DNA of 55,013 nucleotides from a virus (lineage: Duplodnaviria > Caudoviricetes): positions 1 through 55,013 of the IMG/VR virus record IMGVR_UViG_3300022074_000052; one strand, given 5' to 3'. The notes beneath the pieces are model-generated. The model was not told the origin of the DNA and did no database searches. It saw only the letters and a list, made by a program, of their open reading frames with translations. Each line of letters opens with the position of its first letter. Positions within the stretch are counted from its first letter, which is position 1. Of the stretch, positions 37,989-46,499 are shown piece after piece. A program made the translations under genes and the position numbers.

Positions 37989-38007
37989 GGTTAGTTATTC
38001 ACTAACC
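37989..38007. promoter_or_regulatory. 19-bp palindromic operator-like site 6
   Basis: GGTTAGTTATTCACTAACC, adjacent to the (TA)n run. Confidence 0.7.
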
Positions 38008-38016
38008 CTATGCTAT

Positions 38017-38046
38017 CAGATGTCACCAGATGTCACCAGATGTCAC
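38017..38046 (+). repeat. Perfect 10-bp tandem repeat x3
   Basis: CAGATGTCAC CAGATGTCAC CAGATGTCAC. Confidence 0.95.
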
Positions 38047-38250
38047 AAAAATATAATGTACGTTTTACCCTAAAAAAAAGCGAACATTGCGGAACATTGC
38101 AAAGATAAAAACGAACATTACACCTAGGCTCGACGCTACATAGAAAACTGGCTTCAAAAGGTTAGGCACTAAGCTACATGCTTCAGCAGAAACAGAAAAC
38201 TGGTATCTATCTAACTGGTTTCATATAACTGGCATCAAAAATTTGGACAC

Positions 38251-38282
38251 AAAAAAAGCCACCTAAGTTTCCCTAGGTGGCT
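38251..38282 (-). terminator. Intrinsic terminator after 38298..38978
   Basis: Minus strand GCCACCTAG-GGAAAC-TTAGGTGGC-TTTTTTT. Confidence 0.85.
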
Positions 38283-38298
38283 TAGTGATTGACTAACC
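38280..38298. promoter_or_regulatory. 19-bp palindromic operator-like site 7
   Basis: GCTTAGTGATTGACTAACC, between stop codon and terminator. Confidence 0.7.
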
Positions 38299-38978
38299 TA
38301 CTTGTTTGTTGGGACAGTTATTCGCTGTCTCATAGTCTCTTTTGCCATTGTTAACTGCTTTATGATATTGTCTACATTGGCAAACGTAGTGTCTTTTCTG
38401 TTTTTGATCTTGTTAATCATAATACCTAATGTCTTTATCTGACTATCTTCAAAAGGTAGATTAGGAACTGGGGTAGTTTCTGCTCTTAACCAACCAACCA
38501 ACTTTTTTCTTACTGTGGTTTGTTGCTTGTTCCAGTAATCGAACATTCCCTTATCTTCATTAGATAGTTGAGATTTTCTTTCGTCTCCTGTCATGCAGTA
38601 GATACCATGAATTTTCTTGCCCATGCTTTGGAACATCATATCTTTAATGAATAATGCTTGTTCCACATTGGCAGTACAATTCTCATTGCTTACTTCAAGT
38701 TTGGTAATATCGAAGTGTTGCGGATTTTCAACTGTCACTAACTTACCCTCGGCAGTTCTAGTCTTGAACTTAGGTTCGAAAGCATCAGACTGTTTAAATC
38801 CTAACTTCTTAACAAGTGTATCCTTAACAAACTGCTTTCCAGTCTCGAAAGCTCTATCACTTTCTTCTTTCTTTCTCTCCCCAGTTAGAATGTAAGTGCA
38901 AGCCTCAATAAGTGCAGAGCTTGTTTTATCGTTGATTTGAAAAGAGTTTGTTTTGATTATGTTTGTTTGCTTGTTCAT
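38298..38978 (-). CDS. Hypothetical protein, stand-alone early transcription unit
   Basis: Own promoter, RBS AAAGGA and terminator; flanked by two palindromic sites. Confidence 0.75.
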   Translation of the reverse strand: MNKQTNIIKTNSFQINDKTSSALIEACTYILTGERKKEESDRAFETGKQFVKDTLVKKLGFKQSDAFEPKFKTRTAEGKLVTVENPQHFDITKLEVSNENCTANVEQALFIKDMMFQSMGKKIHGIYCMTGDERKSQLSNEDKGMFDYWNKQQTTVRKKLVGWLRAETTPVPNLPFEDSQIKTLGIMINKIKNRKDTTFANVDNIIKQLTMAKETMRQRITVPTNK

Positions 38979-39013
38979 GATTATATCCTTTATTAAACAA
39001 GTTTAAGTTAACA

Positions 39014-39032
39014 GGTTAGTGAAACACTAACC
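39014..39032. promoter_or_regulatory. 19-bp palindromic operator-like site 8
   Basis: GGTTAGTGAAACACTAACC, downstream of the promoter at 39069-39096. Confidence 0.8.
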
Positions 39033-39068
39033 TAATCAAGTGGGCTTATTCCCTGTCTTGATGAACTC

Positions 39069-39096
39069 ATTATAACAAGTTATTACGTTATGTCAC
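39069..39096 (-). promoter_or_regulatory. Sigma70-type promoter with extended -10
   Basis: Minus strand GTGACA-16 nt-TATAAT preceded by TGT. Confidence 0.6.
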
Positions 39097-39252
39097 AAAC
39101 TACCCCCATACCCTCCCCCATACCACCCTTTTACAAAAGATTGCATCTAGCTGTATATATTACTATTTTACACAAATAAATCACACTTCTCTGAGTTCGA
39201 CCCCCTACCCCCTCCATATATAGAAAGGCCCCCCTTTGGAGTCCCAAACATC

Positions 39253-39282
39253 TTGCGTTTAAAAAATTTTATAGTATATAAT
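39253..39282 (+). promoter_or_regulatory. Sigma70-type promoter for the packaging/late operon
   Basis: TTGCGT-18 nt-TATAAT, ending 8 nt before the terS ATG. Confidence 0.55.
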
Positions 39283-39290
39283 CAAACGAA

Positions 39291-39884
39291 ATGACTATTG
39301 TAGTAGAACCAGAGTTGAACGTACCTATGAAAAAGGGTAGATCTTCGGCTGATCTAAAGGCACGTGTAGGAGCAGCCGCGAACACAGCAAAGGAGTTGGG
39401 AGAGCATGGCATCGACCTTGAACCCACCAAAGAAGACAAAGATACAGCCGCAAGGTTATCCGTTGCTTACGCTGATGATCCTGAAGATGTGTCGAAACAA
39501 GCTACCGAACAGAAAATGGCAACGCTAACCCCCGCCTCTCTTGTCCTAACAGACAGTATTTTGAAGCAGTTTGGTCGTTCTGTGGTTGAAAGTGCTGTAC
39601 AAATACGGCATTTGGTGACAAATAAGCTGATAGAAGAGACTGAAAACCCTGATCCAAGGGTACGTATACGTGCTTTAGAGCTTCTAGGTAAGATTTCGGA
39701 CGTAGGATTGTTCGCTGAGAAGTCCGAAGTCACCATAACACACCAGTCTACGGACGATTTACGGGAAAGATTGCGTTCAAAGCTCACAAAATTGGTAAAT
39801 CCAGTCGAAGATGCGGCTGTAATTGATGGTGAACCCATAGATGTGGACAAAGAACTAGGTTTAGACGAGGAAAAAGGTGAATAA
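39291..39884 (+). CDS. terS: Terminase small subunit (putative)
   Basis: Directly upstream of terL; 'RIRALELLGKISDVGLF.EK.E.T'. Confidence 0.7.
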   Translation: MTIVVEPELNVPMKKGRSSADLKARVGAAANTAKELGEHGIDLEPTKEDKDTAARLSVAYADDPEDVSKQATEQKMATLTPASLVLTDSILKQFGRSVVESAVQIRHLVTNKLIEETENPDPRVRIRALELLGKISDVGLFAEKSEVTITHQSTDDLRERLRSKLTKLVNPVEDAAVIDGEPIDVDKELGLDEEKGE

Positions 39885-41430
39885 ACACGCTCTTGACTTC
39901 TCTGAGGACGAAATTCAGGTCATGTTGAACAATTTAGACAGTTATACGCCTGAAGAAGTGGCTGAAATAGACAGAATGGTCGATGAACTAGCCACACGAC
40001 AGCATAATCAGGCAGCTTATGACGATTTGATAGAGTTTTGTAAGCATATGCAGCCCGATTACATAGTGGGGAAACATCATAGGATGCTCGCTACCATGCT
40101 TATGGACATAGAGCAGGGTCAAAAGGACAGAATCTGTGTAAATATTCCTCCCCGACATGGAAAGTCCCAGCTTGTTTCTATAATGTTTCCCGCTTGGTTT
40201 CTTGGACGTAACCCGAACAAGAAGGTTATGATGGTATCGCACACCACGGACTTAGCGGTGGACTTTGGACGTAAAGTGCGTAACTTAATCGCTACAGAAA
40301 CGTATCAGGAGATATTTCCGACAGTGGCTCTGGCTGTAGACTCTAAGTCGGCAGGGCGTTGGAACACAAATTCAGGAGGTGAATATTATGCGTGTGGTAT
40401 TGGTTCTTCTATTGCTGGGCGTGGTGCTGACCTCTTGCTCGTTGATGATCCCCATTCCGAGCAGGATGTTATAAACGGGAACTTTGAAGTCTTTGAGAAA
40501 GCGTACGACTGGTTCACATTCGGTGCGCGAACACGTCTAATGCCTGGAGGTCGGGTAGCTATCATACAGACACGTTGGCATATGGACGACCTAACAGGAC
40601 GTGTTACCAAGGATATGGCAAACAACGAGAGGTCTGACCAGTACGAGGTGGTAGAGTTTCCCGCCATACTGGACATAGAGGATGAGGAGACGAAAGAACT
40701 TACACAGAAACCCCTGTGGCCTGAGTTCTTTGACATGGAAGCCCTGCTCAGAACGAAAGCATCTATGCCTGTGTTTCAATGGAACGCTCAGTATCAGCAG
40801 GAACCGACAGCAGAAGAGGCTGCTCTGGTCAAACGTGAGTGGTGGCAGATGTGGAAGAAGGAAGATCCACCGATATGTGAATATATTATTATGTCTTTGG
40901 ACGCAGCCGCAGAAACACACAACCGTGCGGACTACACAGGTTTGACGACGTGGGGTGTGTTTTTGAATGAAGAGGTGGACAACTATAACATTATATTGTT
41001 AAATAGCATAAAACGACGGTTGGAGTTTCCCGAACTCAAAGAGTTGGCTATGAACGAATACAAAGAGTGGGAGCCTGACTCGTTCATCGTGGAGAAAAAG
41101 AGTGCAGGAACTGCTCTGTACCAAGAAATGAGGAGAATGGGTATACCTATACAGGAATACACACCACACAGGGGATCTGGTGACAAGCTAGCTAGACTTA
41201 ACTCCGTGACCGACATTGTGTCATCAGGTCTGTGTTGGGTTCCCGAAACACGATGGGCAGAGGAGCTTATCGAAGAGATAGCAGGGTTTCCGTTTATGAG
41301 CCACGATGACTTGGTTGACTCCACCGTCATGGCGTTGATGCGATTTAGACAGGGCGGGTTTATACGACTGCCGAGTGATGAACCTGAAGAAGTGCAATAC
41401 TTTAAACATAGGAGAGGCGGGTACTACTGA
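39877..41430 (+). CDS. terL: Terminase large subunit
   Basis: PPRHGKS, GRGADLLLVDDP, TRWH..DL.G, YQQEP, SLD.A, VEKKSAG, HDDLVD. Confidence 0.95.
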   Translation: MNKHALDFSEDEIQVMLNNLDSYTPEEVAEIDRMVDELATRQHNQAAYDDLIEFCKHMQPDYIVGKHHRMLATMLMDIEQGQKDRICVNIPPRHGKSQLVSIMFPAWFLGRNPNKKVMMVSHTTDLAVDFGRKVRNLIATETYQEIFPTVALAVDSKSAGRWNTNSGGEYYACGIGSSIAGRGADLLLVDDPHSEQDVINGNFEVFEKAYDWFTFGARTRLMPGGRVAIIQTRWHMDDLTGRVTKDMANNERSDQYEVVEFPAILDIEDEETKELTQKPLWPEFFDMEALLRTKASMPVFQWNAQYQQEPTAEEAALVKREWWQMWKKEDPPICEYIIMSLDAAAETHNRADYTGLTTWGVFLNEEVDNYNIILLNSIKRRLEFPELKELAMNEYKEWEPDSFIVEKKSAGTALYQEMRRMGIPIQEYTPHRGSGDKLARLNSVTDIVSSGLCWVPETRWAEELIEEIAGFPFMSHDDLVDSTVMALMRFRQGGFIRLPSDEPEEVQYFKHRRGGYY

Positions 41431-43757
41431 TGGCTGTAGAAAAAGGATTGTTCCAAGCTCCTAAAGGGGTGGAGGAAGAGGAGACAGGACAACTAGAAGT
41501 TGAGATAGTAAACCCTGACATGGTTACACTAGATGATGGTAGTATGGAGATAACCATAGTTCCTGATGCTGAAGGTGTTGGCACAGGGGCATTTGATGAG
41601 AACCTTGCAGAGAATATGGAGGACGATCAACTCGCTTCTGTGGCTGATGAACTATTGGGTAATATAGATTCTGACTTGGAAAGCCGTAAAGAATGGGCAG
41701 ACACGTTTGTTCGTGGTCTGGATGTGTTGGGGTTTAAGTATGAAGAACGTACCGAACCCTGGGAAGGAGCTTGTGGTGTATACTCTAACGTGTTAGCAGA
41801 AGCAGCTATACGATTCCAAGCAGAAACCATGAGTGAGACATTTCCCGCACAGGGGCCTGTAAAGACAAAGATACTGGGTGAAGAGACCCGTGAGAAGTTG
41901 GAAGCCTCTAACCGTGTAAAAGCCGACATGAACTATCAGCTCACAGAGAATATGGTGGAGTATCGGTCTGAACACGAACGTTTGCTCTACAACCTTGGTC
42001 TGGCAGGGTCTGGGTTCAAAAAGGTGTATTACGATCCGAACATGGGACGGCAGGTAGCGGTGTTTGTACCCGCAGAAGATGTGATTGTACCTTATGGCGC
42101 ATCGCACATAGAGACAGCAGAACGTGTAACACATGTCATGCGAAAGACAAAGAACGAGCTGAAGAAGTTACAAGCTAGTGGGTTCTACGTAGATGTGGAT
42201 CTTGGTGAGCCACAGGCATACCACAGTGATATAGAGGAGCGTAAAGCAGAAGAGGGGGGATATTCTCTTACAAACGACAACCGATACAGCATATACGAGG
42301 TACACGCAGACATAATTATAGATGGCGTTGATGACTCCGATGAGGGTATAGCCAAACCGTACATAATATCTATAGAGCGTGGCTCGTACAAAGTATTAGC
42401 CATACGACGTAACTGGAACCCTGACGATGCCTTAATGTTGAAAAGACAGCATTTTGTGCATTACGTATATACCCCAGGGTTTGGGTTCTATGGTCTCGGA
42501 TTGATACATATCATAGGGGGTTACGCAAAAGCAGGAACATCTATCATACGTCAGCTCGTAGACGCAGGCACATTGGCAAACCTTCCAGGGGGTCTAAAGT
42601 CAAGAGGCTTGCGTATCAAGGGAGATGATACACCGATAGAGCCTGGGTCTTTCAGGGATGTTGACGTACCATCGGGCAGTATACGCGACAACATCATGCC
42701 ACTGCCGTACAAAGAACCTAGCCAAGTGTTATTGGCTTTGTTGAAAGATATAACTAATGAGGGTCGTCGGTTGGGAGCTGTGAGTGATATGAATATATCC
42801 GATATGTCAGCTAACGCTCCTGTAGGAACAACACTCGCCCTGTTAGAAAGAACCCTCAAACCAATGGCAGCTGTACAGGCACGTGTGCATTACGCCATGA
42901 AACAAGAGTTCAAGATGTTAAAGATGCTCATGGCAGAGTATGCACCTGCCGAGTATGCGTATGTGCCGACTAGAGGTGACGTATCCGCTAGACAATCTGA
43001 CTATATGATGATTGACGTTATACCTGTATCAGACCCGAACAGCTCTACGATGGCACAACGTGTGGTGCAGTATCAAGCAGTCCTCCAAATGTCCCAGACT
43101 GCACCACAGATATATGACCTGCCTCAGTTACACAGGCAGATGATAGAAGTTCTTGGGGTGAAGAACGCAGAGAAACTTGTACCAACTAAGGATGACCTCA
43201 AGCCTGTTGATCCTATAAGTGAAAATATGGCTGTTTTACAAGGCAAACCGATGAAGGCGTTCATTTACCAAGACCATGACGCACATATATCTACACATAT
43301 GGCGTTTATGCAAGATCCTGTAATAGCACAGATGATAGGGCAGAACCCACAGGCACGACAGATTATGGCAGGATTACAGGCGCATATAGCTGAACATCTT
43401 GGGTATAAGTACAGAAAAGATATGGAGGAGCAGTTAGGTGTTGAACTACCAAAACCAAACGAAGAATTACCAGAAGAGATAGAAGTGAATCTTTCTAGAA
43501 TGATATCTAAGGCAGGTAAGCAACTAGCGCAGAAGAACATGCAGCAGGCAGCACAACAACAGGCACAACAGAAAGCACAAGATCCTGTTGTACAAATGCA
43601 ACAAGCTGAGTTACAAATCAAAGCACAAGAAGTACAACGTAAGTCTGAGAAAGACAAAGCCGATATAGCTATTAAAAAGGCTGAACAAGAACGTAAAGAG
43701 AAGAAAGATCAAGCAGATGCTGTATTGGAAGCAACAAGATTACAGAAAGATAGTTAG
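41430..43757 (+). CDS. Portal protein
   Basis: 775 aa after terL; 'PWEGACGV...L.EA..RFQA', 'GFGFYGLGLIH..GG', Gln-rich C-terminal barrel. Confidence 0.88.
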   Translation: MAVEKGLFQAPKGVEEEETGQLEVEIVNPDMVTLDDGSMEITIVPDAEGVGTGAFDENLAENMEDDQLASVADELLGNIDSDLESRKEWADTFVRGLDVLGFKYEERTEPWEGACGVYSNVLAEAAIRFQAETMSETFPAQGPVKTKILGEETREKLEASNRVKADMNYQLTENMVEYRSEHERLLYNLGLAGSGFKKVYYDPNMGRQVAVFVPAEDVIVPYGASHIETAERVTHVMRKTKNELKKLQASGFYVDVDLGEPQAYHSDIEERKAEEGGYSLTNDNRYSIYEVHADIIIDGVDDSDEGIAKPYIISIERGSYKVLAIRRNWNPDDALMLKRQHFVHYVYTPGFGFYGLGLIHIIGGYAKAGTSIIRQLVDAGTLANLPGGLKSRGLRIKGDDTPIEPGSFRDVDVPSGSIRDNIMPLPYKEPSQVLLALLKDITNEGRRLGAVSDMNISDMSANAPVGTTLALLERTLKPMAAVQARVHYAMKQEFKMLKMLMAEYAPAEYAYVPTRGDVSARQSDYMMIDVIPVSDPNSSTMAQRVVQYQAVLQMSQTAPQIYDLPQLHRQMIEVLGVKNAEKLVPTKDDLKPVDPISENMAVLQGKPMKAFIYQDHDAHISTHMAFMQDPVIAQMIGQNPQARQIMAGLQAHIAEHLGYKYRKDMEEQLGVELPKPNEELPEEIEVNLSRMISKAGKQLAQKNMQQAAQQQAQQKAQDPVVQMQQAELQIKAQEVQRKSEKDKADIAIKKAEQERKEKKDQADAVLEATRLQKDS

Positions 43758-43954
43758 TGGCAAAGACAGTATTTGACGTTTTAGTAGATAGAATCGAAGC
43801 TGAGATAGCTTCTGCACAAAGTTTCCTAGAAGCAGGGTCGGCAAAAGATTTTGCTAATTATAGGGAAATCGTTGGGTTGATCCGAGGTCTAAGATCCAGC
43901 GCGACACATATTAGAGACCTTGCGAAGCAACAACTGGAAGGTGACGATGACTGA
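43757..43954 (+). CDS. Small hypothetical protein
   Basis: GTG start coupled to the portal stop; 'G.A.D...Y...VG.IRGL'. Confidence 0.7.
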   Translation: MAKTVFDVLVDRIEAEIASAQSFLEAGSAKDFANYREIVGLIRGLRSSATHIRDLAKQQLEGDDD

Positions 43955-44318
43955 AGCAGTAAAACTGACGGACAACGAACTAGAGCAGCAACTACCACGA
44001 CCTGTAGGGTATAGAGTGCTTATAGCTTTGCCTGAAATAGAAAAGACGTATGGGAATACTAGCGTTTTGAAAACAGATAAAGAAGTACATCATGACTACA
44101 TAATGTCTATCATGGGACTCGTAATAGACATGGGAGACGGGGCGTACGGAGACAAAGAACGGTTTCCTGATGGCGCATGGTGTAAAGAAGGTGACTTTGT
44201 TATGTTCCGAGCAAACAGCGGAACACGGTTTAAGGTAGCTGGAAAAGAGTATCGTTTATTAAACGATGATTCTATAGAGGCTGTAGTAGCAGATCCTCGT
44301 GGTATCACGAGAGCATAA
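43947..44318 (+). CDS. groES: GroES-like co-chaperonin
   Basis: PVGYRVLI...G.V..MG..AY.D..RFP.G.WCKEGDFV.F...SG.RF...G.EYRLLNDD.I.AVV; start MTEA at 43947. Confidence 0.85.
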   Translation: MTEAVKLTDNELEQQLPRPVGYRVLIALPEIEKTYGNTSVLKTDKEVHHDYIMSIMGLVIDMGDGAYGDKERFPDGAWCKEGDFVMFRANSGTRFKVAGKEYRLLNDDSIEAVVADPRGITRA

Positions 44319-44328
44319 GAGGTAAAAA

Positions 44329-45381
44329 ATGGCATTTGAAAAAGTAGAATATTCATTCCCTGATCCTGACGCGGATGCAGCGAAGCAAAATATAGAGATA
44401 GAGAACTCTAGTGCTATAGAGGTTGATATATCAGGTAAGAAAGAAGAAAAAGATGAACCAAAAGCTAACGGAGCAGAAGATAAAGGAAGCGCGAAAGCTG
44501 CTCCTAAAGATGAGCTTGAAGTTGAAGTTGTCAATGATACACCGAAAGCTGACAGGAATCGTAAACCTTCTACACCACCTGAAGAGATTACTGAAGAGGA
44601 GCTTAAGAAATATTCGGATCAGGTTCAACAGCGGATAAAACATTTAGGTAAGGGCTATCACGACGAAAGACGAGCAAAAGAAGCCGCTATACGAGAGCGT
44701 GATGAGCTGGAAAGGTTTGTAAAGTCCATACAGGATGAGAACAACAAACTAAAAGGTAGTGTTAACAAGAATCAGACAGCTCTTGTTGAACAAGCTAAGA
44801 AAACAGCAGAAGTTGAGCTTGCCCAAGCAAAGAACGCATACAAGACAGCGTATGAAGCAGGTGACGCAGACGCTATTCTTACTGCACAAGAAAGTTTAAC
44901 AAGTGCAAAGATAAAGGCTGACAAGTTAAACAATGTAAAGATTCCCGCTTTACAGGAAGAATCTAATGAGGTAAAAAGTAAAGAAGAGTCTAAACCTACT
45001 GCTCCTACTGTAGATCCAAGAGCGCAGGATTGGGCAAAAAAGAACACTTGGTTCGGTACAGACGATGAGATGACAAGTCTGGCACTGGGCTTGCACAACA
45101 AACTTGCCAAGCAAGGAGTTGATTTGCAGAGTGACGAATACTACGAGGCTATCGATTCTCGTATGCGGCAGCTCTTCCCAGATGAGTTCGAAGAAGAGAT
45201 TGCAGAGACCGAAGAGGCTGAAAAGCCGAAAAAACAGGCTAATGTGGTTGCACCCGCAACGCGGAGCGTAGCACCCAAAAAGGTAAAGCTAACGCAAACA
45301 CAAGTCGCCATAGCGAAACGATTAGGAGTACCTATCGAATTATACGCCCAAAAGGTTGCAGAAGAAATGAGGAAAGAATAA
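44329..45381 (+). CDS. Capsid scaffolding protein (putative)
   Basis: Acidic coiled coil; 'W..KN.WFG.D..MT', C-terminal 'VKLT.TQVAIAKRLGVP.E.YA'; between portal and capsid. Confidence 0.7.
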   Translation: MAFEKVEYSFPDPDADAAKQNIEIENSSAIEVDISGKKEEKDEPKANGAEDKGSAKAAPKDELEVEVVNDTPKADRNRKPSTPPEEITEEELKKYSDQVQQRIKHLGKGYHDERRAKEAAIRERDELERFVKSIQDENNKLKGSVNKNQTALVEQAKKTAEVELAQAKNAYKTAYEAGDADAILTAQESLTSAKIKADKLNNVKIPALQEESNEVKSKEESKPTAPTVDPRAQDWAKKNTWFGTDDEMTSLALGLHNKLAKQGVDLQSDEYYEAIDSRMRQLFPDEFEEEIAETEEAEKPKKQANVVAPATRSVAPKKVKLTQTQVAIAKRLGVPIELYAQKVAEEMRKE

Positions 45382-45830
45382 TGGCTGAAAACAGAATTAA
45401 CAGAGAACTTGAAACTCGTGAGAAGACAGTACAAAAGAAGGCTTGGCAGCGACCCGAAACGTTACCTTCACCTACGCCAGAGCCAGGATATACGTACCGT
45501 TGGATACGAACAAGCACTCAAGGTCAAGTCGATGCCACTAATGTTTCCTCCAAATTACGTGAGGGTTGGGAACCAGTAAAAGCAACGGATCACCCAGAAA
45601 TTACTTTGGTAACTATTGAGAACGAACGGTTCAAAGATAACATTGTAATAGGGGGACTAATGCTGTGTAAGGCTCCAACTGAACTTAAAGATCAGAGGAC
45701 TGCGTACTATAAGTCTCAGACCGATAATCAGATGAAGTCAGTAGACAACAACCTCATGCGAGAAAACGACCCTAGAATGCCGTTATTTAACGAACGGAAG
45801 ACTAAGGTCACTTTTGGCAAAGGCAATTAA
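45381..45830 (+). CDS. Conserved head-module hypothetical protein
   Basis: 'W.RP..LP.P...G..YRWIR...N...KLREGWEPV...GGL.LCK'. Confidence 0.75.
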   Translation: MAENRINRELETREKTVQKKAWQRPETLPSPTPEPGYTYRWIRTSTQGQVDATNVSSKLREGWEPVKATDHPEITLVTIENERFKDNIVIGGLMLCKAPTELKDQRTAYYKSQTDNQMKSVDNNLMRENDPRMPLFNERKTKVTFGKGN

Positions 45831-45851
45831 TTTTAACAGGAGACTATTTTT

Positions 45852-46487
45852 ATGGCTTATCCAACTATCGATGCCCCTTATGGGCTAGTACCCGTTGGTT
45901 TGATTGGTGGTCGTTCCTACACAGGTGCTACTCGACAAATGAAGATAGCTAGCAATTACGGCACAGCTATCGGAAAAGGCGACTTAGTGAAGCGTGTAAA
46001 CGACGGAACTATCGAACGTGACGGAAGTACATCCGCTTTCCCAGCCACTGGGACATTAGGTGTTTTCATGGGTTGTTCGTATACCGACCCTAATACAAAA
46101 CAGCTAACATTCAACAACCAATATCCTGGCAGCATTGTTGCTAGTGATATTCATGCGTTTGTTGTTGATGATCCAGACATCATACTTAAAGCAGCTATAT
46201 GCTCTTCAGGTACGACAATGGCAACATTGGGAAGAACGGCTATTGGCAACAAAACTGCCATCATTAGCAATACACTAAATACTGCTAACGGTGCATCTAA
46301 GCTTGCTGTCAATAACTCCGTTGCTACCACTTCAACACTACCATTTCAAATCATTGATGTAGTTGACACCACCGCGACAGGTAGCGATACCTTCCAAGAA
46401 GTGCTTGTCATATACAGCACACATACTGATAATGGTAGTAACGTGTTCATCGGTGGACACGCTTATCGTAACCCAGTTGGACTGTAG
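45852..46487 (+). CDS. Capsid decoration/cement protein (putative)
   Basis: Beta-rich; 'APYGL.PV...GVF.GC.YTDP...V.DDP'; directly before MCP. Confidence 0.6.
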   Translation: MAYPTIDAPYGLVPVGLIGGRSYTGATRQMKIASNYGTAIGKGDLVKRVNDGTIERDGSTSAFPATGTLGVFMGCSYTDPNTKQLTFNNQYPGSIVASDIHAFVVDDPDIILKAAICSSGTTMATLGRTAIGNKTAIISNTLNTANGASKLAVNNSVATTSTLPFQIIDVVDTTATGSDTFQEVLVIYSTHTDNGSNVFIGGHAYRNPVGL

Positions 46488-46499
46488 GAGGTATAGACA

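Larger units (their letters stand above)
37778..38237. other. Candidate replication origin (iteron-like repeats and AT-rich core)
   Basis: About 11 AATGTWC/GAACATT heptamers, (TA)n run, CAGATGTCAC x3, AACTGGYWTCW x4, in the largest non-coding gap. Confidence 0.55.

Noticed and set aside
38160-38174. GGTTAGGCACTAAGC as a ninth palindromic site
   Set aside because: Half-sites are 4 nt too close and polarity is reversed; at most a degenerate remnant.
30309-39032. Palindromic repeats as a CRISPR array (a Cas4-like gene is present)
   Set aside because: Spacing is irregular (about 0.3-3.3 kb), some copies are inside genes, and there are no cas1/cas2 or effector genes; stand-alone Cas4-like nucleases are common in phage replication modules.
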